Source: an uncultured Hormoscilla sp. (GTDB lineage Bacteria > Cyanobacteriota > Cyanobacteriia > Cyanobacteriales > Desertifilaceae). Taken from it: a stretch of DNA of 64,000 nt. The notes under the pieces are model-generated. The model was given only the letters and a program-made list of their open reading frames with translations. It searched no databases and was not told where the DNA came from. The position numbers and the translations under genes are program-made. Location: positions 4,672,001-4,736,000 of the forward strand of contig OZ001293.3 in assembly GCA_963921275.4 (NCBI GenBank). The letters are read 5' to 3'. Shown here one piece after another: positions 12,146-22,442 of this stretch (its first letter is position 1; each line of letters starts with the position of its first letter).

Positions 12146-12913
12146 ATGTTGGTAATAGCGAAGAATGTGTTTGCCGAAGCGATCCGCGATCGGGTGCTAT
12201 ACTTGATAGGTTTGTTCGGGTTGTTGCTAGTGGGGTCGTTGCAAATATTGCCAGAGGTGGCGGCGGCAACAGAGGATAAAATGTTCTTAGATGTCGGACT
12301 AGTAGCAATGACGGTCTTGAGTTTGATCGTGGCAGTGTTTGTGGGAACGGGACTGATAAGTAAAGAAATAGAAAAACGCACGGTTTATATTTTAGTTGCT
12401 AAACCAATAAGCTATTCAGAGTTGCTCCTGGGCAAGCACTTAGGTTTATCTGCTGTGCTGGCAGTCTTGGTGGCGGCGATGATGGTGCTTTATCTGGGGA
12501 TATGTGTCCTAAGTCAAACGGCTTACCCATCATTGGCGGCCTTAACGATCGCAGCGGTGTTTCTGGTAATCCAATTATCATTAATTACGGCGGTAGCAAT
12601 CATGTTCGGAGTGTTGACAAGCTCGCTCCTAGCCACCCTGCTGACTTTTGGGGTATATTTGATGGGAAACTTGTCTCAGGATATGGTCCGACTGAATCAG
12701 TTTGTGAATAATCCGAGTTTCTCTCGCATGACAGATGGCATATATTTGATCTTCCCAGACCTGTCTCGCCTGGATCTGAAAAATCTGGCGGTGTATGGCA
12801 TGGCCGCTTTGCCCGATCGCCTGACTCTGCTGCTCAATGCTGGCTATGGTTTGGTTTACACCCTCGGACTGCTGGCGATCGCGATCGTGCTTTTCTCAAG
12901 GCGGGAATTTTGA
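12146..12913 (+). CDS. fraE: ABC-2 type permease (FraE-like)
   Basis: IAKNVFAEAIRDRVLY, KEIEKRTVYILVAKP; synteny with fraC/fraD; start codon uncertain. Confidence 0.7.
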   Translation: MLVIAKNVFAEAIRDRVLYLIGLFGLLLVGSLQILPEVAAATEDKMFLDVGLVAMTVLSLIVAVFVGTGLISKEIEKRTVYILVAKPISYSELLLGKHLGLSAVLAVLVAAMMVLYLGICVLSQTAYPSLAALTIAAVFLVIQLSLITAVAIMFGVLTSSLLATLLTFGVYLMGNLSQDMVRLNQFVNNPSFSRMTDGIYLIFPDLSRLDLKNLAVYGMAALPDRLTLLLNAGYGLVYTLGLLAIAIVLFSRREF

Positions 12914-12940
12914 GAATGGAGAATGGAGAATGGAGAATGG
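12912..12940 (+). repeat. Heptamer tandem repeat (GAGAATG)x4, STRR type
   Basis: Directly visible. Confidence 0.8.
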
Positions 12941-13758
12941 ATAAAGAGCAAAAACTGGAACAATTAAAAAGTTTGTTTGCCCAGATGGATAAGGCGCTGA
13001 TCGCTTACTCGGGTGGGGTAGATAGCACTTTGATGGCTAAAATAGCTTACGATGTTTTGGGCGATCGGGCCTTGGCAGTAACGGCAGCATCTCCATCTCT
13101 GTTGCCAGAAGAGTTAGCAGATGCCCGCAGGCAAGCAGCAGAAATTGGCATTGCCCATGAGATCGTACCAACTCATGAAATGGAGAATCCCAATTACACT
13201 TCTAATCCGGTGAATAGATGTTACTTTTGCAAAAGCGAATTGCACGATACCCTCAAACCCCTAGCCTTAGCATGGGGTTATCCTTATGTAGTAGATGGGG
13301 TGAATGCTGATGACTTGCGGGATTATCGTCCCGGCATACAGGCGGCTAAAGAACGCGGGGCCCGATCGCCCTTAGCAGAAATAGGCGTCGCGAAAGCGGA
13401 AGTGCGAGAAATCTCCCAGCTGCTAGGTTTACCCTGGTGGGACAAACCTGCCCAACCCTGTCTGAGTTCCCGCTTTCCTTATGGAGAAGAGATTACCATT
13501 GAGAAATTGCAGCGGGTTGGTAGAGGAGAAAGATATTTAAGTTCCCTGGGATGGAAAAATATTCGAGTACGTTCCGAAGGGGACACAGCTAGGATAGAAT
13601 TACCACCAGAACAGATTCAGGAATTTGTCTTCAGCATGGAATTACCCTCGTTAGTGGCAGCATTTCAAGAATTTGGCTTCCTCTACGTCACTCTCGACTT
13701 AGAAGGATATGTCAGTGGCAAGTTGAATCGCGTTTTGACCCAGACAGTGAAGGGATAA
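12937..13758 (+). CDS. larE: ATP-dependent sacrificial sulfur transferase LarE family (PP-loop)
   Basis: AYSGGVDS, NRCYFCK, DYRPG, PCLSSRFPYGE. Confidence 0.9.
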   Translation: MDKEQKLEQLKSLFAQMDKALIAYSGGVDSTLMAKIAYDVLGDRALAVTAASPSLLPEELADARRQAAEIGIAHEIVPTHEMENPNYTSNPVNRCYFCKSELHDTLKPLALAWGYPYVVDGVNADDLRDYRPGIQAAKERGARSPLAEIGVAKAEVREISQLLGLPWWDKPAQPCLSSRFPYGEEITIEKLQRVGRGERYLSSLGWKNIRVRSEGDTARIELPPEQIQEFVFSMELPSLVAAFQEFGFLYVTLDLEGYVSGKLNRVLTQTVKG

Positions 13759-13769
13759 GGAGACAGAAA

Positions 13770-13994
13770 ATGCTTCATAATGCGGCCTTAAGGCAAACAG
13801 GTACAGGATGGGAATTTGCTAGTGAAGAAGCGTTAGAAGATTCCCTTGAGGATAATTTACAGGAGTTACTCGGGTTAACGTTTTTGAAGCGTCAACATCA
13901 TGTTCGAGAGCAATATTGTGACATTTTAGCGCAACGCTGCGCGGTTCGAGATTGCTTCGTGCCTCGCAACGCTGCGCGGTTATCAGATTTCTAA
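13770..13994 (+). pseudogene. N-terminal fragment of a NucS/DUF91-like endonuclease
   Basis: WEFASEEALED..LEDNLQELLGL...CDILA, then runs into a duplicated GCAACGCTGCGCGGTT repeat. Confidence 0.55.
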
Positions 13995-14123
13995 AAATAT
14001 CAGATAACATATTTGTAGCAATGGATATGGATACCCATTGTGACCTGAGTCTTAGTTTTCTCTCCAATTACCAGTCGGTCCTGGGGAGGGTACTTTTACC
14101 TCAACCGGCACCTACTAGAATCT

Positions 14124-14992
14124 GTGCGATTCGTTCTAGCCTAACGTGGTCAAACACGGAACGCTAGCCCGGTTTCATTAGCCGGGAACTCTGACCGCAT
14201 GGGGGTTAAATTCCCCTCCCCCCAGGTACGGGGGTGACACCGGTCCTCGGTGCTACGAAGCGACATCATCGTGGTGCTAAGCGAGGACTCAAATGTAGGA
14301 TAACTGGCAGCCTAAGCCGGTGACGCCGCTAGGAAAGATATCCAAGGTTAGAGCAGGCAAACATGTGCAAGCCTCGTTATAAGGAACCAGCGAAATAAGG
14401 CTATATGCGCTGGCCTAAAAAGGAAATGGTAGCTAGTATTAGTTTTAGACTCTGGCTAATATAGTACTCAAATAGCTCCCGGGGTATAGTGTGGACCTAA
14501 AGGTATCGCGAAATGTTGTTAGGGAACGAAGTAACCTCTCGTGTGCTGTCCATCAGGACAAGTTAGATGTTAAGCGCAAGCCACGGGGGGAGGGATGGCC
14601 CAAGAAGCGAATGCCCGGGGTAATTCCTGGGATAACATCTACAGTAATGTAGATGATGCTGGGTAGCCAGCGCTGACGTGGGTCGGTGATACTAGGAAGC
14701 TGCTGGAATGAGTAATCCTAAAAAGCCACGGAACTAATCCGAAACGCAAGTGGAGGATAAGGTATGGATAACTGGTAAAACTGACTTGAAAATGGTGATA
14801 CTAACGGTTATCAGAACAACCACTCGCTAAACCAGGAAAGGGAAGAAAAGACAGGCGGCAAGGGCTAACGGAAGTAATTCCTATTAAGTCTACCTATGAA
14901 AAGGGCCTAGTACCCAGTAGCCGGATGCGGTGAAAATCGCAAGTCCGGTTCCTCAAGGGAGGGTCGGGAAGCGATTCCCGGCTCGACCCCAT
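14124..14992 (+). mobile_element. ORF-less group II intron (869 nt), copy A
   Basis: 5' GTGCG; domain V AGCCGGATGCGGTGAAAATCGCAAGTCCGGTTC; domain VI ending ACCCCAT; a second copy at 27564-28432 defines both boundaries. Confidence 0.93.
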
Positions 14993-15014
14993 CCAACCGG
15001 TGCCCCACTGTTCT

Positions 15015-15193
15015 GGTTTTGGACCTCTCGGTTGGGGTTTTGGACCTCTCGGTTGAGGTTTTAACCCTCTCGGTTGGGGTTTTGGACCTCTCGGTTGAGG
15101 TGTAAAACCTCTCGGTTGGGGTTTTGGACCTCTCGGTTGGGGTTTTGGACCTCTTGGTTGAGGTGTAAAACCTCTCGGTTTTGGTGTAAAACC
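15015..15193 (+). repeat. About 8.5 tandem copies of a 21-nt unit (GGTTTTGGACCTCTCGGTTGR)
   Basis: Directly visible 21-nt period with no spacers. Confidence 0.9.
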
Positions 15194-15510
15194 GAGAGGT
15201 TTTACACCTCTCAAGAGGCCACCAGGGCTGTTTCATTCTTCCCCGTCACCCACGACACCGGTTACAGATCGTTTAGGCCATGAAACCAGGGCCCGCCACC
15301 AGCCAGGGCACAACCAAAAACCACCCCATTATAAAGTGACGTTTCCCCATCCGCCAGAAGATTTCCTATCAGAGTCGGACCTGAGTAAGTGGGCAAACGC
15401 CCCAGAGTCAGGAGACCCGTTACCCCCCTATCTTCAGAAAGAGAACGGTAAGTACGTATCGGACCCGGTAATCAACATTCTCCCCCCCTATCCCCATATC
15501 CCACCAACTA

Positions 15511-15966
15511 GGGCGTGTCATCAGTTAGATTAACAATATGGGTCTCCACCAAAAATATATAACAAGATGATTGAGTTGACAACCAGGATATATTGGTGTG
15601 ATCTAAGAGGGTAAAGGTTAGAGCAGGAGAATTTGAGAAATGCGTCGCTATGCTTTAAGAGATGACCAGTGGGAGAGAATCAGGGACCTATTGCCAGGTC
15701 GGGAGGGTTATGTGGGGGGGACAGCTAAGGATAACCGCTTATTTGTCTATGCTGTCTTGTATCGATATAGAGCTGGGATACCTTGGCGGGACTTACCCGA
15801 GCGATTTGGGGACTTGAGGGTAATTCATACGCGCCATAGTAGGTGGTCAAAATCCGGGGTATGGGAAAGAGTATTCAAGGTACTTGCGTCCGATGCCGAT
15901 AACGAATATGCGATGATTGATTCCACGATTGTAAGGGCTCATCAACATAGTGCAGGTGCTAACTAG
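15511..15966 (+). mobile_element. Truncated IS5-family element (left end plus orfA 15640-15966)
   Basis: MRRYALRDDQWERI...GIPWRDLPERFG...IDSTIVRAHQHSAGA; putative left end GGGCGTGTCATCA after CTA; orfB and right end absent. Confidence 0.8.
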
Positions 15967-17889
15967 GCCTGCAAACTCAGCGTTCAGGCGAACGATATCG
16001 TATTCAGCACTGGCTGCGATATTCTCGCTGACTAAAATGTGATCTAATGCCTGAGAATTACCCTGAAAGATGAATGTATAGCGTTCTTCTGATGGCATAG
16101 TTTCTGTCAGGTTGACCAAAAGGTTATCGCCTTTAAGAATTGTCAGGGTTTCTTCAAATTCAAACTAGTTTAAGTCTCCCAACACCACTACATTAGCATC
16201 CGGGTTACTTAACAGCAGGTTATCGACAAAGTCATTGACTACTTCAGCTTGCCGATTGCGCTGTTCGACGCTACCATTGATAGGAGGCTGAATCTCGCCA
16301 AACAGGGGACTGCTACCACCTTTAGAACTGAAGTGATTGTTGATAACCGTCACTGGGAGGCCATCGAACTCGAAGGTGGCGACCAAGGGTTTGCGACTGT
16401 CATCAAAGGCGGGACCCTCTAAACGCTGTTCTGACAGAAAGTTAACCCGATCGGGGTTATAAAGATATCCCACCCGAATATTACCTCCAGGTTGACTGCC
16501 ATCTTCACCATCTGCTGGTGTACTGTCCAGGATTTCGTAGGTCGGTCCCCCCGCTGCGACAATGGCATCAATGAGGGTACTGTAGGTAAGGTCGGCGTTG
16601 ACATTACCCGAATCAATAGAACCGTCATTATCTTGCACTTCTTGCAGGGCGATAATGTCGGGACCGTTTAGGTTATCGACGATCTGAAGGCCGATCGCCT
16701 CAAACCGACCCTCTGCCACATCAGCACTACCATCGTCATCATTTGGGTCTAGGTTCAGTACATTGTAGCTGGCGATCGTCAATCTATCTGTCGGTAACGA
16801 GGTAATCTCTGGTTCTAAATCCCCTGGTTCTGTGGTAAATTCTGTCGTGGGTAAGACCTGGAAATTGCCAAATCCGTAACTGATGACGCCAGTAATGTCT
16901 CCCAGGCGATCGCCTACATTTACTTGAGGGATGTCAAAATCAGGTAACAAGTCCCGATCCAGTTGGATTTTAATCCGTTCTGGGTTAAAGTCATCAGGGG
17001 CGATGGTAATGCCGCCGCGACTATTCACACCCGTGGCCCCCAGACCATTATCCGCTAGGGTGTAGATTTCATTAAAGCGAGTAGTAGGACTGACTGCCAC
17101 GGTATCGCTGACAGTAACTAACATCCCCTCCAAGCTTTCCCAAAAGTCAATGCCGTCGGGTGCTATTATTTGAGTAGGTAAAACTCGTCCTTCCGCGCCT
17201 ATAACTACTGGTTCTGGTAAGGGATTGTCCGATTCCAGAACGGCGATCGTTACTTCACCGCCAATTTGAGTGGTAGAAAGATTGTTAGTGCTAGGTCCGC
17301 CAGGAATAAACTCGCTTACCGTGCCGCTAACTAGGACTTCATCGGCAGCTATGACATCAGGTGCATCCCCAGTAAATACAAAGATACCAGAACTGCGATC
17401 GCCGTTGCCAATGGCGGGGTCTTGCAGGTAAAATCCATTATCAACAACTGCGGTAACTACGCCCGGAACATCAGTAACAACTTCACCTGCGAATTCCGAA
17501 GTTGCCCCAGAACCCTGAATATCCCCAATACTGATATCGGTCTGCTGGGTTGCTTCCAGCAGGTACGCTACAATCTGTTCAGCGTTCCTCCGCGTCGCAT
17601 CTCTAGCAACAGCCCCTGAAGTCAAATTTTCACCGGTAAACCCTAACAGATACCGCAAATACAAAATTCCGTCAGTCAAGGCGTCTATATTGCCATTCCC
17701 ATCCAGATCCAGCTCGTCACGGATGGATCTGAGGTATCCTATTATCCGATCTGCTGTCGTTCTGGTTGCATTGGGAGCGATCGAGTTTCCGATCAGGACC
17801 TCACCTGTCAACCCAAACAGATAACCCACTATCAACCTCCCGTCAGTCAGTGCGTCTAACCTGCCATTGCCGTCTACATTCCAAGTCAT
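15963..17889 (-). pseudogene. ExeM/NucH-like extracellular endonuclease (EEP family) with N-terminal DxDGNG repeats; in-frame TAG at 16165-16167
   Basis: IASYNVLNL, DIIALQEVQD, INNHFSSKGG, VVVLGDLN*FEF, SQALDHILVS; the usual C-terminal SDH motif is missing at the IS5 junction. Confidence 0.85.
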
Positions 17890-18156
17890 GTGCTATCCCC
17901 TTGAACGAAAAATTCTTCTCAATTATAAGCAAAGGAAATCCGATCTGTGTATAGATCAATAGATTTTTTTGCGTAGATTATATGTTTAAGTATTCGATCC
18001 CCTGTAGATCCTCTCTTTACAGCACCAAGGCTCCTGCTTTCATCTCCAGCACCACCGGTAGAGAGCTCCTCTCCAGCAAACAGGTTCTCCAGCATGAGAC
18101 AGATCCGCCTAAGAGACGATCGCACTCCCATATTGCCGGTCGATCGCGACGCGGCA

Positions 18157-18218
18157 AAGGCTAAAGCCTTTACTACGAACGGCACACTGGCAAAAGCTAA
18201 AGCCTTTACTACGAACGG
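18157..18218 (+). repeat. Two REP-like GCTAAAGCCTTTACTACGAACGG units; related GTAAGGACT(A/T)(A/T)AGTCCTTACTACGAAC units at about 44134, 44189 and 44976
   Basis: Palindromic core followed by TACTACGAAC, several copies in the window. Confidence 0.7.
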
Positions 18219-18290
18219 CTCAAACCCTTACAGAGAAAAGCAAACGCGCCTTGCCAGATTTTGAATCTTGAACTACCTTAAATAAGTAAT

Positions 18291-18447
18291 TAAGTCAGCA
18301 GCTTCAATAATAAAGTCAGCTTTACTTGTGACTAAGTCAGCAGCTTCAATAATAAAGTCAGCTTTACTTGTGACTAAGTCAGCAGCCTAAATAGTAAAGT
18401 CAGCTTCACTTGTTACTAAGTCAGCAGCTTAAATAGTAAAGTCAGCT
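18291..18447 (+). repeat. 42-nt tandem repeat built from 21-nt subunits (AAGTCAGC core)
   Basis: TAAGTCAGCAGCTTCAATAATAAAGTCAGCTTTACTTGTGAC, about 3.7 copies. Confidence 0.85.
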
Positions 18448-18804
18448 TTTTTTATATACAAAAAATTACTTATGTCACAAAGTAAATTTTTAATTTTCAG
18501 ATAGAATTTACTTGCAGTTTTAAATCATTACCAGATGTTTCTCCTCCGGAAAGTTTCACAATTCGGTCTGTGCGGAATGTAGGTTTCATCCTCAAAATCA
18601 AAAATACGGTCGATGTCTGGTACTATGGTTAGCATTGCTAACCTTGTCAAAGTGACTCAACTATCCCAAAACCGTTGAAATTCCCAGGTTTTCTCTCAGG
18701 CCATAACTATGGTTGGATCTGATGAAAGCCACATGATTCTCAAATCAAACAATTTATTGAAAATCAATAACATTGAAAGAACCAAAATTCATTCAACTAC
18801 ACTT

Positions 18805-19363
18805 TTACAGGGGTGGGTGGGTATTATCCACTTCTATATCAACCCAGACCAAGCGATGGTCTGAAGAGATCGCGCTGCCATCCCCTACAATCGAAAACAG
18901 GGGTTCGTCCCCTTCCGGCCAAAAGATGCCAGCATCAATAATATCCAGATTATCAGCAGGTCGTGTCCGAGAGCGCCCACCAACGACAAACGCACGCACC
19001 CCGCGACACAAAAACACAAGCCCAAACCAGTCAAACAGATAAACTTCTGGAATCATTGACTCTGGGGTTGTCCAGCAATTGGGCGATCGCATTATCAAAA
19101 CTATCCCCGTCGAAGGGGTCAGCATTTTGGTCCCCCACGATGACTCCCCTAGCATCTATGCCGTCCGCATCGAAATCGAATTCATTAATCAACAGCACGT
19201 CGGGGTTGACTATTTGGATAATCTGTGCTATTGCTTTGGCTTGTTCGTCATCTGGCCCAGACAGGTCTGCAATCAGTTCACCTGCTGAGTTACGGTTTAA
19301 TGAAGCGTTAAAAGTCGCCAAGCAAATTGATGCCATAATACTCCTCATACCGATGGCTATCAT
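18805..19363 (-). pseudogene. EEP-family endonuclease/exonuclease/phosphatase with large internal deletion and frameshift
   Basis: ATFNASLNR, NPDVLLINEFD, GDQNADPFDGDS and SSDHRLVWVD motifs compressed into about 560 bp. Confidence 0.75.
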
Positions 19364-19692
19364 TTATTCTCTGTCAGAGAATAAAGGTTGAAGGTTAAAT
19401 AAATAATATCTTCTGTTTAAGATTTGATTAATTTCAAATTAAAACTTGTTAATTATTAATCGCGATTGAGAAATTGCCTAACCAAGAGAAAGAGTTTTGA
19501 CCAGAGATCGTCTAAGATAAACGATAATTTTACCCTGAAAAATATCGGCCAAAGTATAACTGAAAAGTTGAACTAATGAAAGTGGGCAGTTGTATTTGGC
19601 CAGGTGGTAGGTATCATACCCAAGGCATAAATTCACGCTATGAGATAAAATAAGGCTATCCAAGGGCGATCGCCTGAGGTGATAATCAAATT

Positions 19693-20766
19693 ATGAATAA
19701 AATCTTATTATACGGTGCAAACGGTTATACAGGTTCCCTAATTGCGAGATTAGCAGTGCAGCGGGGACTGCGCTTTATCCTAGCGGGACGGAATGAGGAG
19801 AAAATCAAGCCTCTGGCAGCATACCTGAACCTAGAATACCGCAGCTTGGCTCTGTCCGATACTATGGCCCTAGAGGCAGAACTGCAAGATGTCGTAGCAG
19901 TCCTGCATTGTGCCGGTCCGTTTCAGCAGACCTGGAAACCAATGGTGACTGCTTGCCTGGGAACAAAAACCCATTACCTGGATATTACCGGAGAATGGAT
20001 GGTGTTAGAGGCGATCGCGGCCCTGGATGCAGAGGCCAAAGCAGCGGGAGTGATGCTATTGCCGGGAGTAGGTTTTGATGTAGTCCCCTCGGACTGCCTG
20101 GCAGCACACCTGAAAGGGCGGATGCCAGCAGCGCAAAAACTGGCGATCGCCTTTCAAATGAGTGCGGACTCCTCTAGCTTATCAGGACAGTTATCCCGAG
20201 GAACCGCCACCACGATCGTAGAAGGGCAGTCCCGTCTGGGCATGGTCCGACAAAACGGGGTACTCACCCCAGTGCCAGCAGCTTGGAAAACCCGGACGAT
20301 CGACTTAGGACGAGGTCCGGTCTTTACCACAACCTTACCTTGGGGAGACGTATCCACAGCTTATTACAGCACCTGGATCCCGGACATCGAAGTATATACA
20401 GCGGTCTCGCCCTCTCTATACCGGATGATGATTGCCAGTCGCTATCTAGGTTGGTTCCTAAGTTTACCCGCCGTACAGAACTTCCAGAAACGGGCGATCG
20501 CCAAACGGCCCCCAGGACCAACGGACCTACAGCGGCAACAGGGGATAACCCTGCTATGGGGAGAAGTAGAAGACAAAGTTGGCAACAAGCTAGCTTCGCG
20601 GTTGCAATGTCCCGAAGGCTATACCCTCACAGCCATGACTGCTGTTACCATTCTCGAAAAAATGCTGGCCGGAGAGGTAGAAGTCGGTTTCCAGACCCCC
20701 TCTTTAGCCTACGGTGCCGATTTAATTTTGTTAATTGAGGGGGTCGTGCGCGAGGATATCACCTGA
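19693..20766 (+). CDS. Saccharopine dehydrogenase-like NAD(P)-binding oxidoreductase
   Basis: YGANGYTG, HCAGPF, HYLDITGE, GFDVVPSDCLA. Confidence 0.85.
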   Translation: MNKILLYGANGYTGSLIARLAVQRGLRFILAGRNEEKIKPLAAYLNLEYRSLALSDTMALEAELQDVVAVLHCAGPFQQTWKPMVTACLGTKTHYLDITGEWMVLEAIAALDAEAKAAGVMLLPGVGFDVVPSDCLAAHLKGRMPAAQKLAIAFQMSADSSSLSGQLSRGTATTIVEGQSRLGMVRQNGVLTPVPAAWKTRTIDLGRGPVFTTTLPWGDVSTAYYSTWIPDIEVYTAVSPSLYRMMIASRYLGWFLSLPAVQNFQKRAIAKRPPGPTDLQRQQGITLLWGEVEDKVGNKLASRLQCPEGYTLTAMTAVTILEKMLAGEVEVGFQTPSLAYGADLILLIEGVVREDIT

Positions 20767-20818
20767 TAGGAACTAAGCAGATGGGTAAGTCTCTACTACC
20801 AAGGCACAACTATGCTAT
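20641..20818 (+). repeat. 178-bp direct repeat, copy 1 (copy 2 at 21675-21852)
   Basis: Near-identical sequence covering the 3' end of the oxidoreductase, the intergenic spacer and the last codons of the HEPN gene. Confidence 0.9.
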
Positions 20819-20984
20819 TTTGCGCTCAGTCTGAATCCAACAACCGGCTCATAGACATAGTTAGAAAAAATTTACAAAAAAACGCAAGCAAAATCAGGGA
20901 TAAAGATCGCGGGTGGTGTAGAATAATGAGTGGGGCAGAAGTTATCCTCATCCAACCATAATTCAGTTGTCTCATCATCAAACT

Positions 20985-21605
20985 ATGCGCACAATTATTA
21001 CTACTGTAGGCACTTCTCTTTTGACAAACAGAAGCGACGATCGACCCTGGAAGGGATGGAATCGAAATTCTGGTGAATATCCTCAACCAGAAATAGTAGC
21101 CGAGTGGGTAAAAACTGCCGATCCACGAAAAATCAGTGCAGAAACTCATACTTGGTATAAGCTGGGCGCGTTAGAAAATCAAAAGGGAGTTAAGGAACGG
21201 GTTGTCCTCATTCATTCACAAACCGAAGATGGTAAATATTGTGCAGAGAGACTCGAAGACTATGCCAAAAAAAACGGCTTAAATGTAGAATGGCCATCGC
21301 CCTGCAATACCAATCCAGCAGACAAAAATAAGCTAGAAGCTGCTGAACATCATCGACCTAAAAATTGGGAAAAAATAGTCAACGATCTGTCACAGAGTGG
21401 GTATGTACGACTGATCCGATACGACAAAGCTGGTGGGAATCAGAAAGGCATCCGTGAAGCAAATGATAATGTCACAGATTTGTATGTTGTGATAGATGAC
21501 GGCACCTACGTACTGAGTTTGAGGATAGAGACTACTGCTGAGAAGGCAGGTCAACGACGATTAGTTCTGGATCACCTTCGTAATAAGATAAATAAACTGT
21601 TGTAA
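20985..21605 (+). CDS. APE2256-like CRISPR-associated (CARF-related) protein, probably internally deleted
   Basis: N-terminal TIITTVGTSLLTN, ISAE, LIHSQTEDGKYCAE; the expected central NxTGG(F/Y)K segment is not seen. Confidence 0.6.
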   Translation: MRTIITTVGTSLLTNRSDDRPWKGWNRNSGEYPQPEIVAEWVKTADPRKISAETHTWYKLGALENQKGVKERVVLIHSQTEDGKYCAERLEDYAKKNGLNVEWPSPCNTNPADKNKLEAAEHHRPKNWEKIVNDLSQSGYVRLIRYDKAGGNQKGIREANDNVTDLYVVIDDGTYVLSLRIETTAEKAGQRRLVLDHLRNKINKLL

Positions 21606-21674
21606 ATTGAATTGCCTGTTCCGACAGCTGAAGCCCTTGCTGCTGCACGGTAGCTTCCCGGGGAAAATAAAACA

Positions 21675-21852
21675 GCTGTTACCATTGCCGAAAAATTACT
21701 AGCCGGAGAGGTAAAAGTCGGTTTCCAGACCCCCTCTTTAGCCTACGGTGCCGATTTAATTTTGTCAATTGAGGGGGTCGTGCGCGAGGAGATCACTTGA
21801 TAGGAACTAAGCAGATGGGTAAGTCTCTACTACCAAGGCACAACTATGCTAT
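21675..21852 (+). repeat. 178-bp direct repeat, copy 2
   Basis: Matches 20641-20818. Confidence 0.9.
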
Positions 21853-22432
21853 AATTGGTTTGTATTTGTTGCTTCATGCCTTCGTCGGTAACAGCTACAA
21901 GATGCCTAAAAAACGCATCAACATCGTTTATTGCTTGAGCCGTAAGCCGAACTTTTCCAGTTGGCGATTGAGTCCAAGTATAAGCCGGAATGCTAAAGCC
22001 ATGGGCAAAACTGTGCCTGACTCTCAAAATCTCGTTTAGTCTCTGTCGGACAGCAACTCCACTCATGCTTCTTGCGGACCATATCCAATCACCAATAGGG
22101 TCATAGCCAGTGTATCTAATTAAAAGGTTTCGCGTGTTCTCACTATTTGGCGTATTAAATTTTTGAAGTTCCCGTTCTGCAGTATCTCTAGCAATAAAAT
22201 GTATAGCATGAAACTTGGGGTCTAAGGGGTTAGCAGTTGCATCGAAAAAGTTTCTAACCAGTTCGTTTATATAAGCATCCCATGCAGCAACAAATGTAGC
22301 TAAAGCGGAATGGTAGTAAACTTGTGTGTCGCTGCGCGATATTGGACGCAAACGGGGGTCGGTCGCCGTTTCACGAAGTATTCGTGCCTTGTTGGACTCG
22401 TTTTGGTATTTGAGTGCTGCTGGTGATGGCAC
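21830..22432 (-). CDS. HEPN-domain protein (RiboL-PSP/MAE_28990-like), putative RNase
   Basis: AAWDAYINE, FNTPNSEN and the Rx4H motif RHSFAH. Confidence 0.7.
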   Translation of the reverse strand: MPSPAALKYQNESNKARILRETATDPRLRPISRSDTQVYYHSALATFVAAWDAYINELVRNFFDATANPLDPKFHAIHFIARDTAERELQKFNTPNSENTRNLLIRYTGYDPIGDWIWSARSMSGVAVRQRLNEILRVRHSFAHGFSIPAYTWTQSPTGKVRLTAQAINDVDAFFRHLVAVTDEGMKQQIQTNYSIVVPW

Positions 22433-22442
22433 AGTAATATCT

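Noticed and set aside
14294..14300. TGTAGGA as EBS2 of the introns
   Set aside because: It pairs with CCTAC/CCTAT upstream of copies A/B but is unchanged in the 7966-8798 intron, whose exon cannot pair with it; EBS2 left unassigned.
15015..15193. CRISPR array (also considered for 50076-50294 and 18291-18447)
   Set aside because: Head-to-tail tandem units with no unique spacers.
14894..15283. Repeat-rich ORFs (also 49958-50380 and 50011-50370) as real proteins
   Set aside because: They are open only because of the 21-nt periodicity and run across intron or MITE boundaries.
20641..21852. DGR template/variable repeat pair
   Set aside because: No reverse transcriptase in the window, differences are not confined to adenines, and the repeat spans intergenic DNA and two gene ends.
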